Part shown: piece after piece, positions 47,001 through 55,918 of the stretch
Layout of the letters: every line of letters starts with the position of its first letter
How positions within the stretch are numbered: the first letter of the stretch is position 1
Source: a virus
DNA: 64,000 nt
Reading direction: 5' to 3' (one strand)
Virus record (IMG/VR): IMGVR_UViG_3300028393_000022
Notes under the pieces: generated by a model
The model's input: the letters and a program-made list of their open reading frames with translations, nothing else
The model's database searches: none
Told to the model about the DNA's origin: nothing
Position numbers and translations under genes: made by a program

Positions 47001-47793
47001 AAAACTAATGGTTGTATGCGGAGACAGCTTTAACTATGGTATTGGGTGTACAGATTTACACACAAAGCCCTACGGCGTGTTAACTGCTCAAAATTTTGAT
47101 TGGGACTTGATAAGACTTGCCCGAGGTAGTGCAAGTAATTTTACTGTTTATCTTCAAGGAGAGTACGCTTCAAAAATGAACCCTAAACCGCATCTAGTAA
47201 TTTTAGGCACAACGTCCATTGATAGATTAGAATGGATCACTACTGGTAAAACATCAGATCCAAACATCCCGTTAACAGCATTAGACATTAACTATCACGA
47301 ATACCCGCCTCATAACTGGGCACAACCAAATCATGACGCTCCTATGGATTTTCATTTTAAAAACGATCCAAATTACAATCCTAGAATGTTAAGCGAACAA
47401 GTATTAGCTCTTACTGACTTTTTAAAAATAGAGAAATCAAAACAGCCTAATCATTATACAAGGATGTTAACAGAAGGTGCGGAGAAAATACAACTTATAG
47501 AAGACTACTACTTTGATATATTTGACTCTCGAATTAAACAAGATTACGACCGCGGAGTCATATTAATGGCATATAATATGATTAAAAAACAAGGAATAAA
47601 CTGTATTATATTTTCAGTGGATGTAATGTTTAAAGATTTAGTTGATGATCCTAGAGATTACTGTAGGCAAGATTGGCACAGATGCTGTCAACTATGGCCA
47701 GACACTATTGGATCATTCCATACAGGTGATGGTGGGCATCAAGACACAGCGGATCGATTAATCGAACATATTAAAACAAACGGATTTATTTAA
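46990..47793 (+). CDS. SGNH-like protein (tandem paralog A)
   Basis: GDSFNYG, LARGSASN, HTGDGGH. Confidence 0.75.
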   Translation: MTDKKLMVVCGDSFNYGIGCTDLHTKPYGVLTAQNFDWDLIRLARGSASNFTVYLQGEYASKMNPKPHLVILGTTSIDRLEWITTGKTSDPNIPLTALDINYHEYPPHNWAQPNHDAPMDFHFKNDPNYNPRMLSEQVLALTDFLKIEKSKQPNHYTRMLTEGAEKIQLIEDYYFDIFDSRIKQDYDRGVILMAYNMIKKQGINCIIFSVDVMFKDLVDDPRDYCRQDWHRCCQLWPDTIGSFHTGDGGHQDTADRLIEHIKTNGFI

Positions 47794-47794
47794 G

Positions 47795-48604
47795 ATGACT
47801 ACAGATAAGAAACTAATAGTAGTATGTGGAGATAGTTTTAATTACGGTATTGGCTGTACAGATCTGTATACAAAGCCTTATGGTGTACTGACTGCTCAAC
47901 ACTTTGATTGGAACCTTGTTAGACTGGCAAGAGGAAGTGCTAGTAATTTTACAATATACCTACAAGGAGCATACGCAGCTAAGATGTCTCCTAAACCGCA
48001 CTTGGTAATTTTAGGTACAACATCTAATGATAGGATAGAATGGATTGCTACAGGTAAAACTACAGATACAAATGTACCGTTAACTGCATTGGATATTAAC
48101 TATCATCTATATCCTCCGCACTATCATACTCCTCCATTGCATGATGCTCCAATGGATTTTTATTTTAAAGATAACCCGGAGTATTCTCCTAAGATACTAA
48201 GTGAGCAGGTAATAGCATTTTCTGAATACTTGAAGTTGGCTAAAGCCAATAACAAAAATGATTATTACAAAAGACTACATACAGAGTCTATAGAAAAAGT
48301 AGAGTTGATGGAAAATTATTACTTTGATATATTTGACTCTCGCATTAAGCGAGACTATGATCGCGGCGTTATATTAATGGCCTATAAGATGATTAAGAAA
48401 CAGGGAATAAACTGTATTATATTTTCATCTGATACTAATTTTAAAGATCTGGTTGAAGATCCTAGAGATTATTATAATCAAGATTGGGGTCGTTGCACAC
48501 GGTTGTGGCCTGACACAGTTAACAGTATGCACACCGGAGACGGTGGACATCAAGATACAGCAAATAGGTTAATTGAACATATTAAAACAAATAGATTTAT
48601 TTAA
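47795..48604 (+). CDS. SGNH-like protein (tandem paralog B)
   Basis: Nearly colinear with 46990-47793. Confidence 0.75.
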   Translation: MTTDKKLIVVCGDSFNYGIGCTDLYTKPYGVLTAQHFDWNLVRLARGSASNFTIYLQGAYAAKMSPKPHLVILGTTSNDRIEWIATGKTTDTNVPLTALDINYHLYPPHYHTPPLHDAPMDFYFKDNPEYSPKILSEQVIAFSEYLKLAKANNKNDYYKRLHTESIEKVELMENYYFDIFDSRIKRDYDRGVILMAYKMIKKQGINCIIFSSDTNFKDLVEDPRDYYNQDWGRCTRLWPDTVNSMHTGDGGHQDTANRLIEHIKTNRFI

Positions 48605-48605
48605 A

Positions 48606-48731
48606 ATGTCTATACTAGAAAAAATCAAATTCTACATTGTAGAACGACTGTTTGGTAAACTTACTAGACAGATAAGATATCGCAGACGATTAAAACAGCT
48701 TAAAGCTAAAGATCCTTATATCTACAAATAA
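48606..48731 (+). CDS. 41-aa basic peptide ending DPYIYK (not in ORF track)
   Basis: MSILEKIKF...RRRLKQLKAKDPYIYK; fills the gap exactly; tail matches 49395-49802. Confidence 0.7.
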   Translation: MSILEKIKFYIVERLFGKLTRQIRYRRRLKQLKAKDPYIYK

Positions 48732-48733
48732 CA

Positions 48734-49393
48734 ATGAAGATAGCACTACTCATCGGCGGAGAATATAGAAACTTTTCTCAACAGTTTCCAACATGGAAAT
48801 TTTTAGATCGGTTTGACTATGACATCTTTATGAGTACCTGGAATCTATCAAACCCAACCACTGATAGACTAGGATATGAAGGGCCGAAAGAGTTGATTAC
48901 AGCAGAAAAGATATTGTCAGTTGTTGGCAAGACTCCAATTTATTTAAACATAGAACAAGAAATCAATTTTGATCATCGTGGCAATAAACAAATTTATCAT
49001 TGGCAAAATTTATTAACTACCTTAATTAATTTGCAAAAAGATTACGACTATGCTATAATTACAAGACCAGACATAGAAATTCCGGACGTAGATAGTTTTA
49101 ATGGATTTATTGATAAAATTGATCAATCTAAGATTTATGGTGCAAGTGCAATAAATGTGACAGAACCGCCAAATCCAAATATGCTAACAGTGAACGATAT
49201 ATTTTTTATGGCTAATCCTAAACTGTTAATTGATACATTATTGCCTGTTCCGTATATGAAAATGAAAGGCCATGAAGAAATAATAGCAGGTAGAGGTGAT
49301 AATTTTCATACTCATTTAGCTAATTATTTTATATCAAATAGAACATATATTCATCAAACTCCTGGTGGTATTATGGTAAAAAGAGGAAACTAA
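48734..49393 (+). CDS. Putative glycosyltransferase-like protein
   Basis: IALLIGGEYR, FMSTW, YDYAIITRPD. Confidence 0.65.
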   Translation: MKIALLIGGEYRNFSQQFPTWKFLDRFDYDIFMSTWNLSNPTTDRLGYEGPKELITAEKILSVVGKTPIYLNIEQEINFDHRGNKQIYHWQNLLTTLINLQKDYDYAIITRPDIEIPDVDSFNGFIDKIDQSKIYGASAINVTEPPNPNMLTVNDIFFMANPKLLIDTLLPVPYMKMKGHEEIIAGRGDNFHTHLANYFISNRTYIHQTPGGIMVKRGN

Positions 49394-49394
49394 A

Positions 49395-49802
49395 ATGAGC
49401 GATCATATTGAAAAATTATCACGTGATTATGCTAATGCATTTAGCAATAAAGATATCACAACACTAACTGAAATGTTTGACAATGACATACATCTTGTCG
49501 ATTGGCAAATTTATATACAAGGTATAGATGCAATATTAGAATATCATAAAATGTTGTTCAACAGTGTAGAAACAATTCAAATAGAAGTCTTGTCTGTAAC
49601 TTCATCGCCAACTACGGCATTTGCTGAAATTAACGTAATAATTGACAGGCTACCGATAAAAGTCCTTGATGTAATTACATTTAACGACGTAGATAAAATT
49701 ATAAAAGTAGAGGCATACAAATTTGAAGAAGTTCCTGAAGATGTTCTTTGGCAACGGAAATTGGCAGAATTGCGTAATCGTGACCCGTTTATTTACAAAT
49801 AA
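49395..49802 (+). CDS. NTF2/SnoaL-like protein with DPFIYK tail
   Basis: YANAFSNKD, VLDVITF...KIIKVEAY. Confidence 0.75.
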   Translation: MSDHIEKLSRDYANAFSNKDITTLTEMFDNDIHLVDWQIYIQGIDAILEYHKMLFNSVETIQIEVLSVTSSPTTAFAEINVIIDRLPIKVLDVITFNDVDKIIKVEAYKFEEVPEDVLWQRKLAELRNRDPFIYK

Positions 49803-49821
49803 AGATATTTTATAATAACGT

Positions 49822-50589
49822 ATGAGAAAAATTGTACTATGTACTGGAGGATACGATCCTATCCATTCTGGGCACATTGCCTATTTTAAAGAAGCTCGAG
49901 GACTTGGAGATGTTCTCATCGTTGGAGTTAACTCAGACGATTGGCTAACACGCAAGAAGGGCAGATCTTTTATGCCTTGGGAAGAACGTGCAACCATTGT
50001 TGCCGCAATACATCATGTTGATAGGGTTATTAACTTTGATGATACCGATGGGTCTGCAAAAGATGCAATCCGCAAGACACGAGCAATATATCCCAACTGT
50101 GAAATTATATTTGCCAACGGTGGAGATCGCACCAAAGAGAACATTCCAGAAATGGACTTGCTTAACGAGTACCTACATTTACGATTTGTATTTGGTATCG
50201 GTGGCGACAACAAAGCCAATAGCAGTAGTTGGATATTAGAAGAATGGAAATCTCCTAAGACTATCCGCCCATGGGGATACTATCGTGTGTTGCATGAAGT
50301 TCCCGGAATGAAGGTTAAAGAACTAACAGTAGATCCTAAACAAAGTCTCAGTATGCAAAGGCACGATCACCGTGCTGAGTATTGGATTGTCAGTGAAGGA
50401 ACTGCTATTGTTAATAGTAAAATGCCAGGAGGATATAATATGCCTAGTCTTAGATTAGAGAAACACGCAGAGTATAAGGTACCGGCTAAAGAATGGCACC
50501 AATTGACTAACCCGTTCGATGTACCGTGTAAAATTATAGAGATACAGTATGGATTACAATGCGACGAGTCAGATATTGAACGTCAATAA
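49822..50589 (+). CDS. Cytidylyltransferase-like + mannose-6-phosphate isomerase-type cupin fusion
   Basis: GGYDPIHSGH, FANGGDR; RPWGYY, SLSMQRH, EYW. Confidence 0.85.
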   Translation: MRKIVLCTGGYDPIHSGHIAYFKEARGLGDVLIVGVNSDDWLTRKKGRSFMPWEERATIVAAIHHVDRVINFDDTDGSAKDAIRKTRAIYPNCEIIFANGGDRTKENIPEMDLLNEYLHLRFVFGIGGDNKANSSSWILEEWKSPKTIRPWGYYRVLHEVPGMKVKELTVDPKQSLSMQRHDHRAEYWIVSEGTAIVNSKMPGGYNMPSLRLEKHAEYKVPAKEWHQLTNPFDVPCKIIEIQYGLQCDESDIERQ

Positions 50590-51127
50590 AGATGCGTTCA
50601 GTAGCGGCCAAATTGGCAGCAAGATCTGGCTCTGTGAAGAATTAGAAAAGCTCTTTGATAGTATTGACTCTATTTGGATCTACGGTGGCTGGTATGGTGT
50701 TTCTGCATTCCTGTTGTTAAGCAGGAATAATATAGAGATAGAATACGTTCGTAGCTATGATGTAGATCCTGCCTGTGCAGAAGTTGCTGACATGATTAAC
50801 GAAAACTGGGTATATCAAGACTGGAAATTTAAAGCTAAAACACAAGACTGCAACCTATTAGAAATAGATTGGACAGGCCCTGACCTAATAATTAACACAA
50901 GTACTGAACACTTTGAAAGCATGGATTGGTGGAACAACATACCGCAGGGTACAACAGTTGCACTACAAGGCAACAATATGATACATGATGATCATCATAT
51001 ACATAGTACATCTCTAAAAGAATTTACAGCACAATTTCCAGTCAGTGAAATTCTGTATAATGGCGAGAAAGAGTTTGTATATCCCAACTGGAGATTTACA
51101 AGGTACATGTTGATTGGTGTTAAATAA
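50549..51127 (+). CDS. Class I SAM-methyltransferase-like protein
   Basis: GQIGSKIW, IYGGWYG, YDVD, INTSTEH. Confidence 0.65.
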   Translation: MDYNATSQILNVNKDAFSSGQIGSKIWLCEELEKLFDSIDSIWIYGGWYGVSAFLLLSRNNIEIEYVRSYDVDPACAEVADMINENWVYQDWKFKAKTQDCNLLEIDWTGPDLIINTSTEHFESMDWWNNIPQGTTVALQGNNMIHDDHHIHSTSLKEFTAQFPVSEILYNGEKEFVYPNWRFTRYMLIGVK

Positions 51128-51130
51128 AAT

Positions 51131-52612
51131 ATGAACTACATTGGATTAAGTTGCGGGTTCCATGATGCCGCAGTAAGTGTTATTAACAGCTACGGTGAGA
51201 TTGTATTTGCCGGCCATAGCGAACGATACAGCAAAAACAAGCATGATGATAGTCTATGTGAGACCGTCGTTAAGGATGCATTGGCATATACCGTAGAAGA
51301 TTACTCTGTACACTATTACGAACGTCCTACATTAAAGTATCTGCGTCAATTAATAGCAGGACAAAAGCCATCGGTTAGCAATCTGCGGGCCAAGAACATT
51401 ATTGGCAAAGACATAATATCTTTACTAGATAATAAAACAGTTCATACACATAACCATCATCTGAGCCATGCAGCCGCAGGATTCCAAACAAGTCCTTTCG
51501 ATGATGCTACTGTTGTAATCATAGATGCCATTGGCGAGTTTGATACAATTACAATATGGCATGCAGACTATGATAGTGATACAGGCCGAGCTGAATATAA
51601 GAAGTTATGGTCTCAACGGTATCCTAACAGCATAGGATTATTCTATAGTGCAATGACTGACCGTGTGGGCCTACGTCCCTTAGATGAAGAATACATATTA
51701 ATGGGTATGGCAGCATATGGGTCTAACACTGTAGATTTAAAACAACATCTAATTGCAGACGAGAACAAATTGACCTTTAAGTATAATCTACATAAAGGTA
51801 TGGATCCGTTCTTTGAACAAGGCGCTGACAAATACGACATCGCAGCCAGCAGCCAAGCTCTAGTTGAAACACTAATTACCACAGTAATAGGCAAGGCTCG
51901 TAGGTTAGGCCATAGTAAGAATCTAGTCTATGGCGGAGGTGTTGCCCTTAACTGTTCAGCAAATAGATTGTTGGGCAACTACTATGACAACATTTGGATC
52001 ATGCCCAATCCGGGTGATGCTGGCAGTAGTTTAGGTGCAGCCGCATTGGGATATCGATGCAAAGTACAGTGGACAGATGCGTTCCTTGGGCATGATATAC
52101 CGGGCAACTATCCAGTTGACAAGATTATAAAAGAACTATACACTAATAAGATAGTAGGGGTGGCTAACGGTCGAGCAGAGTTCGGCCCTAGAGCATTAGG
52201 CAACCGCAGCCTACTAGCAGACCCCAGAGGTCCAGACATCAAGGATAAAGTAAATGACATCAAAAGACGACAGAAGTTCCGACCCTTTGCGCCCGTTATT
52301 TTGGAAGAGTTGGCTGGCGATTACTTTGATATGCCTGCTGGTTTCAGTAGCAGTAGGTATATGCAGTCAGTCGCTCATTGCCGGCATCCTGACCTATATC
52401 CTGCTATCGTTCACTATGATGGGACTAGTCGCGTCCAGACTGTTGCAAACGATGGCAGCGGAATACGAAAGCTCTTGGAAAAGTGGTACGCCTTAACAGG
52501 CTGTCCAATGTTGTTAAACACCAGTCTTAACATACGAGGCGAGCCAATGGTCAATGACAGAGCCGATGCAGATCGCTTTGAACAACAGTATAAGATCACA
52601 GTCTGCTCCTAA
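51131..52612 (+). CDS. Carbamoyltransferase (NodU/CmcH family)
   Basis: FHDAA, HHLSHAA, DAIGE, GGVALN, EFGPRALGNRS, FRPFAP, LNTSLN. Confidence 0.93.
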   Translation: MNYIGLSCGFHDAAVSVINSYGEIVFAGHSERYSKNKHDDSLCETVVKDALAYTVEDYSVHYYERPTLKYLRQLIAGQKPSVSNLRAKNIIGKDIISLLDNKTVHTHNHHLSHAAAGFQTSPFDDATVVIIDAIGEFDTITIWHADYDSDTGRAEYKKLWSQRYPNSIGLFYSAMTDRVGLRPLDEEYILMGMAAYGSNTVDLKQHLIADENKLTFKYNLHKGMDPFFEQGADKYDIAASSQALVETLITTVIGKARRLGHSKNLVYGGGVALNCSANRLLGNYYDNIWIMPNPGDAGSSLGAAALGYRCKVQWTDAFLGHDIPGNYPVDKIIKELYTNKIVGVANGRAEFGPRALGNRSLLADPRGPDIKDKVNDIKRRQKFRPFAPVILEELAGDYFDMPAGFSSSRYMQSVAHCRHPDLYPAIVHYDGTSRVQTVANDGSGIRKLLEKWYALTGCPMLLNTSLNIRGEPMVNDRADADRFEQQYKITVCS

Positions 52613-52628
52613 TTTTTACCAAAATGGC

Positions 52629-52657
52629 TTGACAAAGCCCTGTTTCAGTGCTATACT
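52629..52657 (+). promoter_or_regulatory. sigma70-type promoter
   Basis: TTGACA-N17-TATACT. Confidence 0.75.
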
Positions 52658-52707
52658 AGTGCTTCGCTGATAACTAAACTTACCACTAACGAAGAAGGAG
52701 GTCTTAA

Positions 52708-53286
52708 ATGACTGAAATTACGCTAGATCGGGAACAGGCACAAGTAGAGATTCCTAGTTCGGTCTTAAAAGGAATCAAAGCTCTACTAATGGTGCTGGCA
52801 CTGACTTTTTCAGTGTTGATGCTCAAATGGGTTGTAGTTGACAAGCTCGACAAATACGAATCCGCTGAGAGTTCTCAAATCACAACAGCAATGAGGGAAC
52901 GACAACTAGGTTGTTTGTCCAAAAATATTTACTATGAAGCAGGTAGCGAGCCATTTGAGGGGAGAGTTGCAGTGGCTCAGGTAACAATGAACCGTGTGAA
53001 CAGCGGACAGTTTCCGGATGATGTTTGCAAAACAATTTATCAACGCAATATCTTTTATGAAAAGATTATATGTCAGTTTTCTTGGACATGTAATAGAGAT
53101 TCTGGTATGCGGCCACCCGATAATGCTAGCTACAGAGAAAGCGAAGAAGTGGCTAAGAAAGTTCTCTTAGAAGGCTTCCGTTTACCTAGTTTGGACAAAG
53201 CATTGTACTATCATGCCTCGTATATATCGCCGGGATGGAAACGTAAACGTATTATACAAATTGGACAGCATATCTTTTATGAGTGA
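52708..53286 (+). CDS. Cell-wall hydrolase, SleB/Hydrolase_2 family, with N-terminal TM
   Basis: CLSKNIYYEA, VAQVTMNRV, CQFSW, YYHA, IGQHIFY. Confidence 0.9.
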   Translation: MTEITLDREQAQVEIPSSVLKGIKALLMVLALTFSVLMLKWVVVDKLDKYESAESSQITTAMRERQLGCLSKNIYYEAGSEPFEGRVAVAQVTMNRVNSGQFPDDVCKTIYQRNIFYEKIICQFSWTCNRDSGMRPPDNASYRESEEVAKKVLLEGFRLPSLDKALYYHASYISPGWKRKRIIQIGQHIFYE

Positions 53287-53978
53287 ATTGAGCAATGCCA
53301 TCCGTTGTATATTTTACAACGTCCATTAGCAATATTTCTCATTGCTCTTTCATCTAAGGAATTTTCTTTACAAAAGTTCCTTAGATTCTTTATTATTTCT
53401 GTAGTTCCTGTCGGATGAGTTATACACCAAGTCTTTGCCCTACACATGTTATTAAGGGCATCTTTTGAATAATTCATTGTTTTGCCTTTATTATGTGCAG
53501 GTCTTGGATTTAATTTCTTAGTGTTACTAATTCTTTGTTTCATTGATTCGGACATAGGTACTCCTTTGTTATGTGGAGTTTTTCCTTTATTCTTTAATCC
53601 AATTTTAATTTTTGATTCAGTAGTATGATGGTCACCCCATCTTGGATGATTCTGTTTTTGAACATTTGATCCGTGAAATCCATTTGGTTTTGCTAATGCT
53701 CGATTTGCATACATACAGGAATTAACTACTTTGAAGTGCAGATGAAATTTTAATTCTCTACATCGAGCATCCTCACTACTGTTATGTATAGAAATTATAA
53801 TTGTTTTAAATAAATGAGGATTAGTTTTCACTTCGCTATCCCATATTGTCTTATATAATTTTGATGATACTGACCCCTTATATCCATTCTGTATTTTTTC
53901 AACCGAGGAAGATCCTATATAAAATGGAGGTAGTTTATTTCCCAAGTAGGTAGTTAAATATGTACAATAAATAGTCAT
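53277..53978 (-). CDS. Free-standing Seg-like GIY-YIG homing endonuclease with NUMOD3
   Basis: CTYLT...FYIGSS, YKGS, E, N; HTTESKIKI, PHNKG repeats. Confidence 0.8.
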   Translation of the reverse strand: MTIYCTYLTTYLGNKLPPFYIGSSSVEKIQNGYKGSVSSKLYKTIWDSEVKTNPHLFKTIIISIHNSSEDARCRELKFHLHFKVVNSCMYANRALAKPNGFHGSNVQKQNHPRWGDHHTTESKIKIGLKNKGKTPHNKGVPMSESMKQRISNTKKLNPRPAHNKGKTMNYSKDALNNMCRAKTWCITHPTGTTEIIKNLRNFCKENSLDERAMRNIANGRCKIYNGWHCSIHS

Positions 53979-54046
53979 GCTGATTGCTCCTTGTTAGCAT
54001 TAGAGTAGTTGGGGAGTGGACGCCCGCGAACTACACCTTTATTTAT
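53969..54046. ncRNA. Conserved two-hairpin element over the GIY-YIG RBS/start (copy 2)
   Basis: See copy 1 at 32732-32815. Confidence 0.65.
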
Positions 54047-54050
54047 TAGA

Positions 54051-54079
54051 TTGACAACTGTGTTGATCTATGTTATAAT
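54051..54079 (+). promoter_or_regulatory. sigma70 consensus promoter
   Basis: TTGACA-N17-TATAAT. Confidence 0.8.
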
Positions 54080-54112
54080 TAATTCATCATCTTTTACAAG
54101 TAAGGACTCGAA

Positions 54113-54433
54113 ATGAAATTTCTCGGATCTATTGTCCGCTCGATCGACTTTGTCTATATGTTCTTTAAGAACCATTTGGGCCATTTGAGTGCTCATACAC
54201 TAGGCTGGATTACCATTGTTCTATTGCACTTTGCGGCTGTTCCTACCCTATTAGCAATGATCCTAGCACAAAGCGACAAACTGCCGCCCTACGATCTTAT
54301 GTTGTTTGTTTGGGCAGCTCTAACTACACTATTCTTTAAGAGTTTGATTGAGAAGAACTTCCTGTATGTTTCTACAATCTGTATGGGATTTATTGGTCAA
54401 GTAGTAATGCTGGGAATGATCGTATTCAAATAA
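54113..54433 (+). CDS. Small 3-TM membrane protein
   Basis: Three hydrophobic helices, LGW...VPTL. Confidence 0.65.
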   Translation: MKFLGSIVRSIDFVYMFFKNHLGHLSAHTLGWITIVLLHFAAVPTLLAMILAQSDKLPPYDLMLFVWAALTTLFFKSLIEKNFLYVSTICMGFIGQVVMLGMIVFK

Positions 54434-54441
54434 ATAAATGA

Positions 54442-54735
54442 ATGCGAGCACACGAATTTATTGACGAATCAGCGGCCTGGCACCGCAAAGCAGGTAAAAG
54501 CAAATCCGGCGGCCTAAACGCCAAAGGAGTTGCTTCTTATCGTAGAGAACATCCAGGTAGCCATCTACAGACAGCAGTGACTACTAAACCTAGCAAATTA
54601 AAAGCAGGAAGTAAAGCGGCTAAACGCCGTAAGAGCTTCTGTGCTAGAATGGGCGGAGTAGATGGTCCTATGAAGAAACCCAACGGTGAACCAACACGCA
54701 AAGCCTTGGCTTTACGCAAATGGAATTGCGAATGA
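54442..54735 (+). CDS. DUF6321-like basic protein
   Basis: GGLNAKG, RRKSFCARM, ALRKWNC; N-terminal MRAHEFIDE. Confidence 0.75.
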   Translation: MRAHEFIDESAAWHRKAGKSKSGGLNAKGVASYRREHPGSHLQTAVTTKPSKLKAGSKAAKRRKSFCARMGGVDGPMKKPNGEPTRKALALRKWNCE

Positions 54736-54977
54736 AAATTACAGAACTACTATCTGAAAAGAAATTGGCCACGCCCACACAAAGTCAATGCTCTGTAGGG
54801 CATAGCCGTTTAAGCAATGTACGTTATGCACAATGCGTAAGCAACGGAATGTTAAAGCATGATACTGGACATACTGACGGTACCGGCAAGCAGGGTGTTA
54901 AAGGTAGCGGCCACCCACTAAAAGGCCGCAAATCCAAGAGTGAAGTTCATGGCGGTCCGGTCAAGGACTATTCATAA
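54732..54977 (+). CDS. Small basic hypothetical protein
   Basis: MKITELLSE N-terminus; ATGA-coupled. Confidence 0.6.
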   Translation: MKITELLSEKKLATPTQSQCSVGHSRLSNVRYAQCVSNGMLKHDTGHTDGTGKQGVKGSGHPLKGRKSKSEVHGGPVKDYS

Positions 54978-55322
54978 ACTGTCAAAATCGTCCTCATTGA
55001 ACTTTTCCACAACCTGTTCTAAAAATTCATGATGATCTAATACGGCCCAACGGTCGTCTAGCTCATATATTTTTTCTTCCCCACCTTCCCATTCCTTGAC
55101 GCCTAACATTTCCATTAATTCTGTAAATGTAATGGGTTCATCTCGCATATGACTTACCCAGATGCAGGTAAGGAAACTGCACATAAAAACAACCTTGTTG
55201 TCATATATACCGTATTCTTCACACCATGCCACTGTTCTGTCTAAGTAATAGTCAATGTCTTCGATCCTATGTTCGAGCTGTGCTATCCATTCTTTGGTAT
55301 CGTTTCTGGACCAGTAGGACAT
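54972..55322 (-). CDS. Acidic hypothetical protein
   Basis: MSYWSR...; TGATG-coupled to the upstream Cys-rich ORF. Confidence 0.6.
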   Translation of the reverse strand: MSYWSRNDTKEWIAQLEHRIEDIDYYLDRTVAWCEEYGIYDNKVVFMCSFLTCIWVSHMRDEPITFTELMEMLGVKEWEGGEEKIYELDDRWAVLDHHEFLEQVVEKFNEDDFDSL

Positions 55323-55480
55323 CAATCGCCCCTTTTGTCTAGTTTGATGCAGACCGGACATTCACAGTCTGGGCAGTATTCGCATTTGGTACAGCCATGA
55401 TTGCAGTGTGCAGGACACCCACATTTGCATTTAGATGTAAATCGTTTGTAGTTCTGAAAGTCGTCCATGTATTTTTCCAT
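55322..55480 (-). CDS. Metallothionein-like Cys-rich peptide, 52 aa (not in ORF track)
   Basis: [27 protein letters not shown]; SD AGGAG; TAAATA upstream. Confidence 0.7.
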   Translation of the reverse strand: MEKYMDDFQNYKRFTSKCKCGCPAHCNHGCTKCEYCPDCECPVCIKLDKRGD

Positions 55481-55520
55481 GTTTTTCTCCTGCTTGGATA
55501 TTTATAGTGTAAATATGAGT

Positions 55521-55844
55521 ATGATCGATATTACAGCAGCCGCAAAAGAAAAGATAACTGACCTATTAATGCAGGAAAATAATCCCAAACTGTCATTACG
55601 GACATTTGTACAGGGCGGTGGATGCAGTGGATTTAGCTACGGTTTTACCTTTGACGAAGAAAAGAACGAAGACGACTTTGAATTCTCAATTGGAGATTTT
55701 AGAGTATTGGTAGATGCAATGAGTATGCAATACCTACAAGGTGCTAACATTGATTATAAAGAAGAACTGATGGGCAGTAGTTTTGTAATTAATAACCCAA
55801 ATGCTGAGAGTACATGCGGTTGCGGTAGTAGTTTCTCCATTTAA
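55521..55844 (+). CDS. erpA: Fe-S cluster carrier, ErpA/IscA family
   Basis: [33 protein letters not shown]. Confidence 0.92.
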   Translation: MIDITAAAKEKITDLLMQENNPKLSLRTFVQGGGCSGFSYGFTFDEEKNEDDFEFSIGDFRVLVDAMSMQYLQGANIDYKEELMGSSFVINNPNAESTCGCGSSFSI

Positions 55845-55858
55845 GTGGTAAAAATCAC

Positions 55859-55887
55859 TTGACAGCCTGTTAAAATTGCTGTATAAT
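55859..55887 (+). promoter_or_regulatory. sigma70 consensus promoter
   Basis: TTGACA-N17-TATAAT upstream of the ligase. Confidence 0.8.
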
Positions 55888-55918
55888 AAGCTATGTTTAA
55901 CACAAACACACTCTAAAT

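Noticed and set aside
46990-48604. Diversity-generating retroelement template/variable repeat pair
   Set aside because: Differences are gene-wide and not adenine-specific; no reverse transcriptase in the window
53277-53978. GIY-YIG genes as group I intron ORFs
   Set aside because: Neither interrupts a gene; flanking genes look complete and lie on the opposite strand
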